64,000 nucleotides of DNA from Squalus acanthias (taxonomy: Eukaryota): positions 120,592,001 through 120,656,000 of the forward strand of contig CM059432.1 of assembly GCA_030390025.1 (NCBI GenBank), given 5' to 3'. Position 1 is the first letter of the stretch; each line of letters opens with the position of its first letter. Below, piece after piece: positions 51,368 through 62,823 of this stretch. The translations under genes were made by a program, and so were the position numbers. A model generated the notes under the pieces. The model did no database searches. It was given only the letters and a program-made list of their open reading frames with translations, and was not told the DNA's origin.

Positions 51368-52376
51368 GCGGTTGTTTTGGTGAAAGGGTGAAAACGTGCG
51401 CTATGTGAGTGCTGTGCTAATAAGACTCGCCTGTTTGAAAGTCTAGTTTTAGCATGCAATTTTGGGACCAATTACTGATTATCATGATTTGCCTGGAGGC
51501 GCTAAAACAGACACCTGTAGGTTTAGTACTCAAGCGCTGATTAGAATCAATTTTCATGGAGCAGTATATGAGGGTTCCACCACCCACTTCCACTGAAGGT
51601 GTGGGGTGCGCTGGCTGACACACAACGGCAAATTTCAGGATAGCTCAAGGTTCTCGGATGTGGCACTAGAGGTCCTGGTGGAGGAGATCCAGAGGAGGAG
51701 GGATATCCTATACCCACGGGGTGGGGAAAGGAGTCCACCTCACCCTCCTGTCCCACCTGTCCCTCTCTCCTGCAGCAGCTGGTGCTGCTCTGCCTGGCCT
51801 CATGTCCTCCTCTCATTCTTCCTGCAGACCAAGGGGGACCCCTAGCAAGATGCCCATGACCAAGCATTCCCTTTCTCCTGGTGATTCCTATAATAATTAG
51901 AACAGCACTTACTTTAGGTGAAGTCCTCAGAGAATTTCCAGTGTAAATGTTGATAGAGTGTTGGTGAAGTCTTGACAATGTGTTCTAAAAAGTCTCACAA
52001 TGTGTTTCAAAAGTCCTCTTCAAACCCCCAGCAGGAAGTGAACAGTGAAAGCTGAGTATGCCTATAATAGTGCTTGAAATCCTCTGCAACGACTTGTTTA
52101 CTCCTGTTCAGCTGGTTGCTGTTAGGAGAGGGTGTTGGTTCAAGTGCTAGCCACCAAAATGCTGTGCAGCCTCTTTAATGAGCACTAGCAGGCAATTTAA
52201 TTGGCAATCAGCCCCTTAACAATCTTCCGGACGGCCGTTCCCAGCGCACGCTTCAACTCCTTTACCAAGATGGCATCTTGCGTTAAACACAGGCTGAACT
52301 GACGTTGCAGCTCAAGACCCCAACTTTGTAACCTCAGCGGCTCTTTAGCACCTAAAGTCCGGGTAAAGTCACCCCC
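51368..52376. mobile_element. Degenerate Harbinger derivative with Myb fragment
   Basis: RFSDVALEVLVEEIQRRRDILYP; right end AAAGTCACCCCC; AAG flanks. Confidence 0.55.
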
Positions 52377-52528
52377 AAGCATTCATGGTCTCAGACAACT
52401 TTTACAAATAAGTGACACACTTATCTCTGCCTGCAACTGGCTGGTATAGCTATACAACCTGACTTATATAACATTTAATCTCTGTCCAGAATATGCTTTG
52501 TACTTGTAAAGGCTCGCTTCCACATCTG

Positions 52529-54607
52529 GGGGGAGAGTTTCTGGTTTGGGAGCATTTGGCGATTCCGGCGCAAATTGTGCCCGTTTTGAAAAGTGTTTTT
52601 TATCCCGAGTGTCCGCTCAAACTCATTTGCATATTGTCAAATGCAAAATCTGCCATGAACCAGCGCAATCGGGCAACGTTTTAAAACGTCAATTTAAAAA
52701 AAAATGTTGCTTTAAAAAATATTCCTTGATATATTTAAGAGTGGTAACTTGATAAAGTTTGATTAATACAGTTGAGAACAGGTTTAACTCGCAGTGTCAA
52801 TCCAATACCTGTGGGTTAACCAATTTTAAATTACTGAAAATGACTTTTAAATATATACAAAACTATTGGTGTACAGTACGCAGTGCCTTAGTAAATCTTT
52901 TTAAAATTACGTTAAAAACCTTTTAAAAACGTACCTCTTGGTGTCCTTGGGGGCAATTTTTTGACGTTGGAGGAGGCGGGTTTGGAGGCGGGAAAGGCGG
53001 GAAAATCAGATTCAAAGAGGTCGGGTTTGGAACCCGCCTCCAACCCGCCTCCACGGGATTTTGCCGGAGCCGGTTTTGGAGGTCGGGAAACCCTCCCGCC
53101 TCCAGCTGGCCATTGCGCTATTTAACCTCCTTAAATGCTCGTAAAGGGCCTCTCTAAGCCTATTCAGGAGGCTCCACGCACCTCCTGAACCAACCTGGCG
53201 GGTTGACTCGTGGGTGGCCTCCTCACTGCTGCAGGTCTAACAAGACATTGTTTATTGCAGCAAGGATTACTTGCAGGTGCCAGACCTTGGCTTTAAAAGG
53301 TCTCTGAGCACTTTTAGAAGGCCTTCTGAAGTCGGAGGTGCTGCAGCTTGACTCCATCAACTGTGGGACCTCCTTGGAAGACCCTCTCCCCGTTTGCAAT
53401 GAGCGCTTCCCCAAAGGAGGCATCTAAAAGCAGCATGGGAACCATTTGTTTTCTTTCTGCATTGACCTCAGATGAGGATGAGGAGGAGGAGGAGGAGGAT
53501 CTGGAGGAGGAGGAGGTCAGAGCGCCGGTGTATCGACCAGTGGCAGCGGCAGCACGCAAGCACATGGCTGCCCGGGATGCAAGGGATGAACTTATCATGG
53601 CCAGATTTGCATAGGTTGCCCAAGTTGGCACATGTCCTTGGCTCCATCTGAAGACATCATTGACAATGGACATGACTCTCTGGCCTCCTTTCACTCAGGC
53701 CACCAACCTGACAACACAAGTGTGGCGGAGCCCGCAATGTGGAGCTGCCTAAGGCGAAAGAACAGATGGTGTAACGCCAACATTTTGGCTTCAAATCATT
53801 TTAATACTTTCCAACAGGGATGGCATTTCATCAATACACAGAAACAGTCTCCCTAACTGCACACAGATCTGGAGTTTATATCCCTTGCTAGCTGTACCCA
53901 CACAGCCTTGGTTTCTTTGGCAGGCCCCTTCCTCCGAGATGAGTGGAAGAGCACCTCCCTGCTAGCTGTCACCCCCACAAATAACATTTGCAGCGCCTCG
54001 TCCGAGAGCCTCGGGTAGGCCCTTGCCTTGGAATTGGACATAGTGGTTTCTCAAAAGATGTTGGAGGTGGTGCAGGAGATGCAGAAATGCTTTGGAATGA
54101 GCCAAGGGAGCAAGAAGTCATAAAATCAGACTGGAAAAGTGATGTCAACAGAGGCGAGTTTCAGTCCCAAAACACTAATTGACCAAGGGCATCCCACACC
54201 TCTGAAATCAAGTGGCCAATCATGGGAAAATCGCAAATTTTTGAAACCTATCAGTAGAGGCGAGTTTCAAACCCACCCAAACTGAAACCCGCCTCCATCT
54301 CGCCTCCAGTGGGAAAATCACCCCCCTTGTGTCCAAAAGATCCAGTTTAATTCTTAGACCTCCTCAAACGAGTACAATTAGCGGAAACTCCTAATGGTGA
54401 TTAATTCATCCTGGGAGCGTGGCCAGTTTTGTGGGCAGGGCCTGCTTCTAGCACGGTGTTTTTAAAACTAGTGCAAAAGATCGCAGAAACCCGATTTGCG
54501 CTGAACACAATTTGCGCTTACATTTCCGCAATCTTTTGCGCCGGTTATACCAATTTCGGGCAAATTGCGCTCTAAGAAGCAGTGCAATCGAGCGGAAACT
54601 CTAGGCC
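52529..54607. mobile_element. Family D non-autonomous element hosting a nested Harbinger
   Basis: GGGGGAGAGTTTC...GGAAACTCTAGGCC; CTG flanks; reverse-collinear with 23196-25098. Confidence 0.75.
52950..54326. mobile_element. Harbinger deletion derivative
   Basis: TTG TSD; fused transposase N/C-termini (53435-53614 +) and Myb N-terminus (53853-54041 -). Confidence 0.82.
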
Positions 54608-55956
54608 CTGCTAGATAAAGGTTGCTACAGAAGAAGATTAGAGAAGACAAAGAGAATCTTCTTCTAGCTAAATACCGAAAATCTCAAGAACCTGAGAGAA
54701 TGTGCCAAGAGCTGTGCGAAGCACCCTCTTGTATATTCTAAATTCAAAGAAAGCCCCCTTTCAATTCAATTGACCAATCTGGATGTGCCAGGTGGTTTTA
54801 CCCCTTTTGGCATCGATCATTTCTAACAGCTATGTAAGTGTCCTGGAAAATCTCAAGGTTAATAAGTCACGTATACCTAGGCATGCCAATCCCTCTTTTA
54901 CTCCCCTAACTTCTCAAGCTTTCCATTAACAAAGAGTCCTACACAGATAAGGCATGACATACTTATGTCCCACTAACAAGCTATCCCTGAGGACTGTCTA
55001 AATGCTGGCCTTTTCATCACACGAATGTTCTGTTTAAATCTACATCTTCATGGTCTTAATTAGTTTCGATTTCCCAGCCATTTCCCGACATTCAGCTTAA
55101 CGACTGACTCCATTTTGTGTGGCTACCCTGCAGCTCAAACTCCATTTTGAGAACACATTTCAGGCAATTTACAGGGCATTTACCCGACAAAGTATATGCT
55201 ACACTGTTCTCACTGCCTTCACAAAAATCAACGAAATTGTACCCCTGGGCTGCTGAGGATGGCAATCCCTCGTGCCACCAAGGACTCAGATGCATAAGGA
55301 TTCATTTTACAAATTCATGTCATTTGTCAATATGCGCTGGCAGTGGGCATGGGACACCAGTGCTGATGGGCATTTGAAAAAATTGCCCTCATACTGTCGG
55401 AAGACTGGGCTTACAATGCAATTTTATAATAGTGAATCATTGTCCTACATTCATATATCCCCACCCCACACTAGACTATGAAGGGCTAATAAACTACCAA
55501 GGAAAATAGACACAAATCCACGAAACTACCACGAACAATACTAAATAAATGTGTACACTGACCTCTTCAATTCCTCCAAGTCAGCGATATTTGCAACAAT
55601 GGAACGAAGCATTAGTCACAATAATTATTTTTATTTATAGCACTGAAACACTGAAATGGTGCAAATTGTTTCAAATTCTACATTTTTCAGACAATTTCAA
55701 GTCACCTGAGCTCAATCCCTGACATTTTTCCTCAGCTGAGAATGAGCTGTGGAACTTCATTGCTAAAGGCACATGGTTACTCAATCAACAGTCAATTACT
55801 GTCGGAGAATCTGTCTCCAAGCTGGTGCCGTCTCTTTGGATAATGATGTTTAAGAAATCTGGAGGGAGGAGGGAGGAGAGACACAGCAGCCACCTTGAAA
55901 ATAATAATATTGACTTTAATACATTGTAAAGATGCGGCTGGACAGACGCAGATTAC

Positions 55957-58290
55957 AAACATAGGATTACATAGGATATACGGCACAGAAACAGGCCATT
56001 CTGCCCAACCAGTCCATGCTGCTGTTTATGCTCCACTTGAGCCTCCTCCCATCTTTCCTCATCTAAATCTATCAGCATAATCCTCTATTTCCTTCTCCCT
56101 CATATGCTTGTCTAGCCTCCCCTTAAATGCATCTATACTATTCGCTTCAACCACTCCCTGTGGTAGCGAGTTCCACATTCTCACCACTCTTTGGGTAAAG
56201 AAGTTTCTTCTGATATTCCCTGTTGGATTTCTTGATGACTATCTTATTTTGAAGGCCTCTAGTTATGCTGTTCCCCACAAGTGGAAACATTCTCTCTGTA
56301 TCCACTCTATCAAAACCTTTCAGAATTTTAAAGACCTCTATTAGGTCACCCCTCAGCCTTCTTTTTCAAGAGAAAAGAGACCTAGCCTGTTCATCCTTTC
56401 CTGATATGTATACCCTCGCATTTCTGGTATCATCCTTGTAAATCTTCTCTGCACCCTCTCCAGTGCCTCTGTATCCTTTTTATAATATGGCAGCCTGAAC
56501 TGCATGCAGTACTCTAAGTGTTGTCTAACCAAGGTTCGATACAAGTTTACCATAACTTCCCTACTTTTCAATTCTATACCTCTAGAAATAAACCCTACTG
56601 CTTGGTTTGCTTTTTTTATGGCCTTGCTAACCTGTGTCACAACTTTGCGTGATTTGTGTATTTGTACTCTGAGATCCCTTTGTTCCTCTACCCCACCTAG
56701 ACTTGCATCCTTCAAGTGATAAGTGACCTTCCTATTCTTCCTACCAAAATGTAATACCTCACATTTATCTGTGTTGAACTTCATTTGCCAATTATATGCA
56801 AATTCTGCAAGTTTATTAATGTCCTCCTGTAATTTGTTGCCGTCCTCCTCAGTATTGACTATAACCCCCAAATTTGGTGTCATCCGCAAATTTAGAAATT
56901 GTGTTTTTGATTCCAAAGTCTAAATCGTTAATATAAATTGTGAACAACAGTGGTGCCAGCACTGATCCTTGTGGAACACCACTATCCACCTTCTGACACT
57001 GTTAACCCCTACTATCTGCTTTCAGTCTTGAAGCCAGCTAGCTATCCATTCTGCTACTTGTCCCCTGACTCCGCATTCTCTGACCTTGTTCATCAGTCTA
57101 TTATGGGGTTTCTTCTCAAAGACCTTTTGAAAATCTAGATAAATTACATCTACTGCATTACCATTCTCTACTCTTTCTGTTACCTCTTCAAAAAATTCAA
57201 TGAGGTTGGTCAAGCAAGACTTTCCCTTTTGAAATCCATGTTGACTATTCATTACTATATTTTTGGTTTCTAGATGTTCTTCTATTTTCTCCTTTAGTAG
57301 GGATTCCATTATTTTTCCTACCACCGATGTTAAGCTGACTGGTCTACGATTCCCTGGACATGTTCTATCCACCTTCTTAAATATAGGTATTACGTTAGCT
57401 ATCCACCAGCCCTCTGGCACTACACATTTTTCGAACGAATTATTAAATATTTGTAGTAATGCCTCTGCTATCTCTTCCCTAGATTCTTTTAAAATGTGTG
57501 GATGCAATCTATCCGGATCAGGGCTTTTATCCTCTTTGAGTTTGATTCGTTTATTTAATATATCCCCTTTTTTAAATTTTAAATGCACTTATCTCATTAC
57601 TAACCTCATCATCCAATGTCATGTTCACCAGTTCTATATCCCTGGTAAATACTGAAGCAAAATAATTATTTAATATTTCTGCCATCTCTCTATCATTACC
57701 TGTGGCATTATCCTATCTATCCCTTAATGGCCCTATTCCTATCCCAACCTTCCTTTTTTTATTGATGTGCCTGTAAAATATTTTACTATTTTGTTTTTAG
57801 TTCCTTAATAATCTAATTTCATAGTTCCTCTTTGCCTTCCTAATTGTTTTTTTGACTTCTCTCCTAATCTCTTCATATTCTCCCTTATCATGCACTCCCT
57901 TGCTGTCTATGTACTTTACGTATGCCTCTTTCCTTAAGCTCAGTTGTTCCCTTATGGCTTTATTCATCCATGGAGTCTCATTAGTGTTTAGTTTGTTCTT
58001 TCCTTTTAGCAGAATATGTTATTCCTGCACTCTGTTGAACACCATTTTAAATGTTTTCCATTGCTGTTCTACATCATTGTTTGCCAATATTTTTGCCCAT
58101 TTTATTTTCTCAAGTTCTATTCTCAGCCACTCAAAATCAGCTTTTCTCCAATCTATTACCTTGGTTTTTGTCATACTTATGTCCTTCTCAATTATCATCT
58201 TAAAGCGTGTTATATTATGATCATTATTGCCTATATGTTCCCCTACTTTTACTTCTCTTATCTGCTCTGGTTCATTCCCCATTAATGATC
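55957..58290 (-). mobile_element. CR1 LINE ORF2, degenerate
   Basis: DHN, PVSLTSVVGKIMES, SCLTNLIEFF, WQMKFN, LERVQRRFTRMI. Confidence 0.9.
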
Positions 58291-58631
58291 CAATAGCGAA
58301 TCCTCCCTTGTTGGGCTTTTTACATATTGGGTTAGAAAGGAGTCCCTTATCCCCTTTACCTACCTCTTCTATCTCACTGGTAAATACTGAAGCAGAGAGA
58401 GCTTTCTCTCTGCTCTGGTCAACACATTGGATTTGAAAATAGAGTAACCTTGAACATCAGCATAAATATAAAAGCCAAAATAAAAACAGCCATTATGGTC
58501 AGCAGCCAGTTTGGATGGGGTGAGATTGTTTGCAGGTCTTGAAGCAGAGTAGGATCATAAAAATGAATAATGGTAGAGGTGACTTTTAAATACAGTGGGT
58601 CATGTCACACTAACCCACTTAAAAAACTGTA

Positions 58632-58825
58632 TGTGGTAACACAATACAGCTTCCTGTGACTCGAACTTTATTACATCACTTCCTGTGATTAGTCCAGGAT
58701 AAATACTGGGCTGATCAGTTGGATCCTGGAGAGGCATAGAGTAAGACCTCTTTTGTATGTAGCACCTTTTTAGTTGATTAAAGCTTACTTTAAGTTCACC
58801 ACGCGTAAGGCTCATTCTTACGACA
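58632..58825 (+). repeat. 5' LTR
   Basis: TGTGGTAAC...TTACGACA, identical to 62824-63017 by eye. Confidence 0.96.
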
Positions 58826-58826
58826 A

Positions 58827-58837
58827 TTTAATCAACT
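58827..58837 (+). promoter_or_regulatory. Putative self-priming primer-binding site
   Basis: TTTAATCAACT is the exact reverse complement of LTR 58772-58782 (AGTTGATTAAA); no TGG. Confidence 0.65.
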
Positions 58838-58903
58838 TTGAAAAACTTCGCACTCAAACTTTTTGGACGAACTCGGAACTAATGATCCAGGGAATCACCC
58901 ATC

Positions 58904-60241
58904 ATGGAAAACATCCTTAAACCATCGCGTCTTGACTTGGACCCAAACACCCCAGCAGCCGGTAAGGTGTGGAAACACTGGTATCGCACGTTTGACAATT
59001 TTCTCGAATATTGCAAGGCTGATGATGACTCAAAATTGCGGATACTCATCAACTGTGTCACCCCGAATGTATTTCAGTATGTCGAGGAATGGGGCAGTTA
59101 CGAAGAGGCAATTCGGACGCTTAAAAGACTATATACTAAGACACCGAATGAGGTCTATGCCAGACATCTACTAGCTACAGCCCAACAAGGGCCGGAGGAA
59201 TCCATTGATAAATTCCTCCAAGAGCTTCGCAGACTTAGTATGGACTGTAACTTTCAGGCGGCCTCAGCTGAGCTGTACCGTGAAGAAATGATCCGTGATG
59301 CTTTCATCTGCGGGCTTGCCTCCCCATTTATATGCCAGCGTCTACTGGAAAGAAAGACACTTGAGCTTCAGAGAGCTTATGACATGGCTTGCTCTCTAGA
59401 TCTGGCAAAAACAAATGCAGACCTTTATACAGTGCCCAGACCTCGGTCTGCTGCCTTAACTACAGTCAGGCAATTTAAGAGGCCACAGGTGAACTCTATT
59501 AGGGAGGACTTTATCCCTGACGATCAATCTGATGACTTCACTGATGAAGAGGATGATGACCCCACTGTGGCAGCCTCTTGGCAATCTAAGAAATGCTTCT
59601 TTTGTGGTGATGAGTTTCACCCTCGGAAATTCTGCCCTGCTCGCAATGCGTTTTGCAGTCATTGCAACAAAAAGGGTCATTTTGCAAAGGTTTGCCTATC
59701 AAGAGCCTCTACGAGGGCTTATCAAGCTAAGTCCTACCAAACTGCCCCGGTAAGGGCCTATCAAGATGTTCCGGCTAAAATCTATCGTGCTTCCTCTCGG
59801 GTTTTCTCTCGAAGAAACACACCTAGAGTTTCAGCCACTCTTTGTGCAACGACACCAATTACAGCTGCTTGTCCTCAGAACCTATTCCATGCAGCTACAA
59901 AAGCATCAATTAATGGACATACTTTAGATGCCTTAATTGACTCAGGTAGCACTGATAGTTTCATTAGGGAACAGATTGCTGCAGAGTTAAAGTTACATGT
60001 TTTCCCATCGGACCAGGCAATTGCGATGGCTCAGTCATCACTTAATACCAGAATTTCTGGCTTTTGTATGGTTGAAATAACACTTAATGGTCACAGGTAT
60101 CCCTCCACCCGGCTTTCGGTGCTCAAGGACTTATGTAGTGATCTTATCTTAGGGCTAGATTTTCAAAAGCAGCATAAGAAGCTCACCATTGAGTTCGGCG
60201 GATCCAAACCTGAACTCACTATTTCTAATATACGACCTTGA
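58904..60241 (+). CDS. gag: Gag plus aspartic protease
   Basis: CFFCGDEFHPRKFC and CSHCNKKGHFAKVC knuckles; ALIDSGST and ILGLDF protease motifs. Confidence 0.9.
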   Translation: MENILKPSRLDLDPNTPAAGKVWKHWYRTFDNFLEYCKADDDSKLRILINCVTPNVFQYVEEWGSYEEAIRTLKRLYTKTPNEVYARHLLATAQQGPEESIDKFLQELRRLSMDCNFQAASAELYREEMIRDAFICGLASPFICQRLLERKTLELQRAYDMACSLDLAKTNADLYTVPRPRSAALTTVRQFKRPQVNSIREDFIPDDQSDDFTDEEDDDPTVAASWQSKKCFFCGDEFHPRKFCPARNAFCSHCNKKGHFAKVCLSRASTRAYQAKSYQTAPVRAYQDVPAKIYRASSRVFSRRNTPRVSATLCATTPITAACPQNLFHAATKASINGHTLDALIDSGSTDSFIREQIAAELKLHVFPSDQAIAMAQSSLNTRISGFCMVEITLNGHRYPSTRLSVLKDLCSDLILGLDFQKQHKKLTIEFGGSKPELTISNIRP

Positions 60242-62440
60242 TTACCGTTCTGTGCATTGTCAGCAGCTTCACTGGATGAACCCTCACTGTTTACCAGTAT
60301 CCCTCCTCGATGCAAACCGATTATAACAAAGTCACGACGTTTCAGTCAGGAAGACCAGTCTTTTATTGCGGCTGAGATTTCTCGGCTTTTAGCAGAGGAT
60401 ATCATCGAGCCTTGTTCGTCGCCATGGCGCGCCCAGGTCGTTATTGTTAAGAACCCTCTACAACCTCACAAGAAACGGCTGTGCATTGACTATTCACAGA
60501 CCATCAATCAATATACGGACTTGGACGCATACCCATTGCCGCGCATCGATGATATGGTTAATAAACTGGCTGAGTACACGGTGTTCTCAACATATGATCT
60601 GAAAAGTGCCTATCATCAGGTACCCTTGAAGGTCTCAGACAAGCAGTATACGGCCTTTGAAGCCAATGGACGGCTGTATCAATTTTGTCGCCTCCCCTTT
60701 GGGGTCACTAATGGAGTGGCTGTCTTCCAGCGAGCAATGGATGACCTGGTCAAACAGGAAGACTTAAAGGATACCTTTCCTTATCTGGACAATATTACTG
60801 TCGCAGGTCGCAATCAGCGGGAACATGATGCCAATCTCCAACGATTTTGGGATGCACTCCAGCACCGTAATTTGACATTAAATGCGGCTAAATCCATTGA
60901 GTCACAACCAACCATCAACATCCTTGGCTATTGTGTGGGCAATGGCATCATTAAACCTGACCCTGAAAGGCTTCGCCCACTCCAAGAACTCCCGCCACCT
61001 AGGAATCCGGCCTCCTTGCGCCGGGCCCTCGGCCTGTTTGCATACTATGCTAAATGGATTCCTAACTTCTCGGACCGAATCCAACCTCTACTGAAGGCCA
61101 GCACATTCCCACTAGACACAGCGGCTGTTGCAGCCTTTAACCTCCTGAAAAAACAGTTGGAGAAAGCGGCTCTTCACTCCATCGATGAGAGTCTTCCTTT
61201 TGTTGTTGAGTGTGATGCCTCGGAGTTGGCGATCTCGGCCACTCTGAATCAGGAAGGTCATCCGGTGGCATTTTTGTCCAGGACTTTTCAAGGGGCTGAG
61301 CTACATTATCCTCCAGTCGAGAAAGAAGCTACAGCCATCATAGAGGCAGTACGGAAGTGGACTCATCTCCTAGCTCGCCAGCACTTTACCTTAATCACAG
61401 ACCAGCGATCGGTCGCCTTCATGCTCGATAATCGAAAACGGACCAAAATTAAAAATAATAAAATCCAGCTTTGGCGGCTGGAATTGGCCTCTTTTGGTTA
61501 CACCATCCACTATCGACCTGGCAAGGAGAATGTGGCTCCGGATACCCTCACACGAGCATTCTGCTCCGCCATGGCACCCTCTACGCTCGTAGACATCCAT
61601 GATGGGTTGTGTCATCCGGGCGTTACTCGCATGCTACACTTCGTGCGGTCCCGAAATCTCCCATTCTCTACCGGGGATGTAAAGAAGATGTGCTCGGACT
61701 GCAGAGTCTGTGCGGAATTGAAACCTCAGTTTTTCCGCCCCTCGGGTGGTATACTCATACATGCGACCCAGCCAATGCAACGACTTAGCATCGATTTTAA
61801 GGGGCCGTTGCCCTCTTCAACTCGCAACACTTATCTATTGACCATGGTCGATGAGTATTCCCGTTTTCCATTTGCCTTTCCCTGCCCCAATATGCTGACG
61901 ACCACGGTTATCAGCTGCCTTGAGCAGGTATTTGCTTTCTGTGGCATGGCATCCTATGTTCATTCGGATCGGGGCCCTTCTTTTATGTCAAGAGAACTCA
62001 AGGCCTATCTCTCGGAATGGGGTATTGCTGCCAGCAGAACGACGCCTTATCATCCGGTCGGGAATGGGCAAGTCGAGCGTTTTAACGCTATCATCTGGAA
62101 TGCGGTACGTCTGGCTTTGAGATCTCGGGGCCTACCCAACCAGCAATGGGAAGAAGTACTTCCAGACGCATTACACTCCACACGGTCCCTCCTTTCGACC
62201 GCCACAAATACGACGCCTCATGAACGGTTCTTCCGATTTCAGCGTCGCTCATCCTATGGGATATCGCTCCCGTCATGGCTGACTGCACCGGGACCAGTGC
62301 TACTCCGAAGATATGTTCGGGCGTCTAAGAATGACCCCCTGGTAGATGAGGTTGAGCTCACTGACGTCAACCCAGCTACGCCTATATTCGGTATCCTGAC
62401 GGTCGGGAATCTACCGTGTCATTGCGGGATCTGGATCTGA
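60242..62440 (+). CDS. pol: Pol (RT, RNase H, integrase), same frame as gag after one TGA; C-terminus frameshifted near 62373
   Basis: DLKSAYHQ, LPFG, YLDN, CDAS, KEATA, HHCC, SIDFKGP, SDRG, GQVER. Confidence 0.9.
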   Translation, partial: LPFCALSAASLDEPSLFTSIPPRCKPIITKSRRFSQEDQSFIAAEISRLLAEDIIEPCSSPWRAQVVIVKNPLQPHKKRLCIDYSQTINQYTDLDAYPLPRIDDMVNKLAEYTVFSTYDLKSAYHQVPLKVSDKQYTAFEANGRLYQFCRLPFGVTNGVAVFQRAMDDLVKQEDLKDTFPYLDNITVAGRNQREHDANLQRFWDALQHRNLTLNAAKSIESQPTINILGYCVGNGIIKPDPERLRPLQELPPPRNPASLRRALGLFAYYAKWIPNFSDRIQPLLKASTFPLDTAAVAAFNLLKKQLEKAALHSIDESLPFVVECDASELAISATLNQEGHPVAFLSRTFQGAELHYPPVEKEATAIIEAVRKWTHLLARQHFTLITDQRSVAFMLDNRKRTKIKNNKIQLWRLELASFGYTIHYRPGKENVAPDTLTRAFCSAMAPSTLVDIHDGLCHPGVTRMLHFVRSRNLPFSTGDVKKMCSDCRVCAELKPQFFRPSGGILIHATQPMQRLSIDFKGPLPSSTRNTYLLTMVDEYSRFPFAFPCPNMLTTTVISCLEQVFAFCGMASYVHSDRGPSFMSRELKAYLSEWGIAASRTTPYHPVGNGQVERFNAIIWNAVRLALRSRGLPNQQWEEVLPDALHSTRSLLSTATNTTPHERFFRFQRRSSYGISLPSWLTAPGPVLLRRYVRASKNDPLVDEVELTDVNPATPIFGILTVGNLPCHCGIWI

Positions 62441-62811
62441 CGCCGGCTGGTACCTCACTCCAGCGTGCCGACCTGGGGCAGACTGACTATGAGCCCGTCG
62501 GGGCTCGCACGCGCAGCCACGATCCACCCCGTACCATACGCTCGGAAACGGATCTGCCACAGCCCTGCCCGACACCCGTTCGGGCACCAGTACACAGTCA
62601 GGATCGTCCTGACCCCTCACAGAGCGGGCTGGATCACTCGGACTCTGGTTCACGGCCCGCGGCGGGTAAACGGGCTAGGGGCCCTCTACCGCTACGAGAA
62701 CCCAAACGGGTGCGGCTCTCCCTCGTCCAGCGGCTACGAAATGGAGGGAGAATGTGGTAACACAATACAGCTTCCTGTGACTCGAACTTCATCCCGGCCT
62801 CCTAATCTTTT

Positions 62812-62823
62812 GGGGGGGGAGAA
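62812..62823 (+). promoter_or_regulatory. Polypurine tract
   Basis: G-run plus AGAA immediately before the 3' LTR. Confidence 0.85.

Noticed and set aside
58826..58845. Canonical tRNA primer-binding site
   Set aside because: No TGG start and no tRNA match recognised
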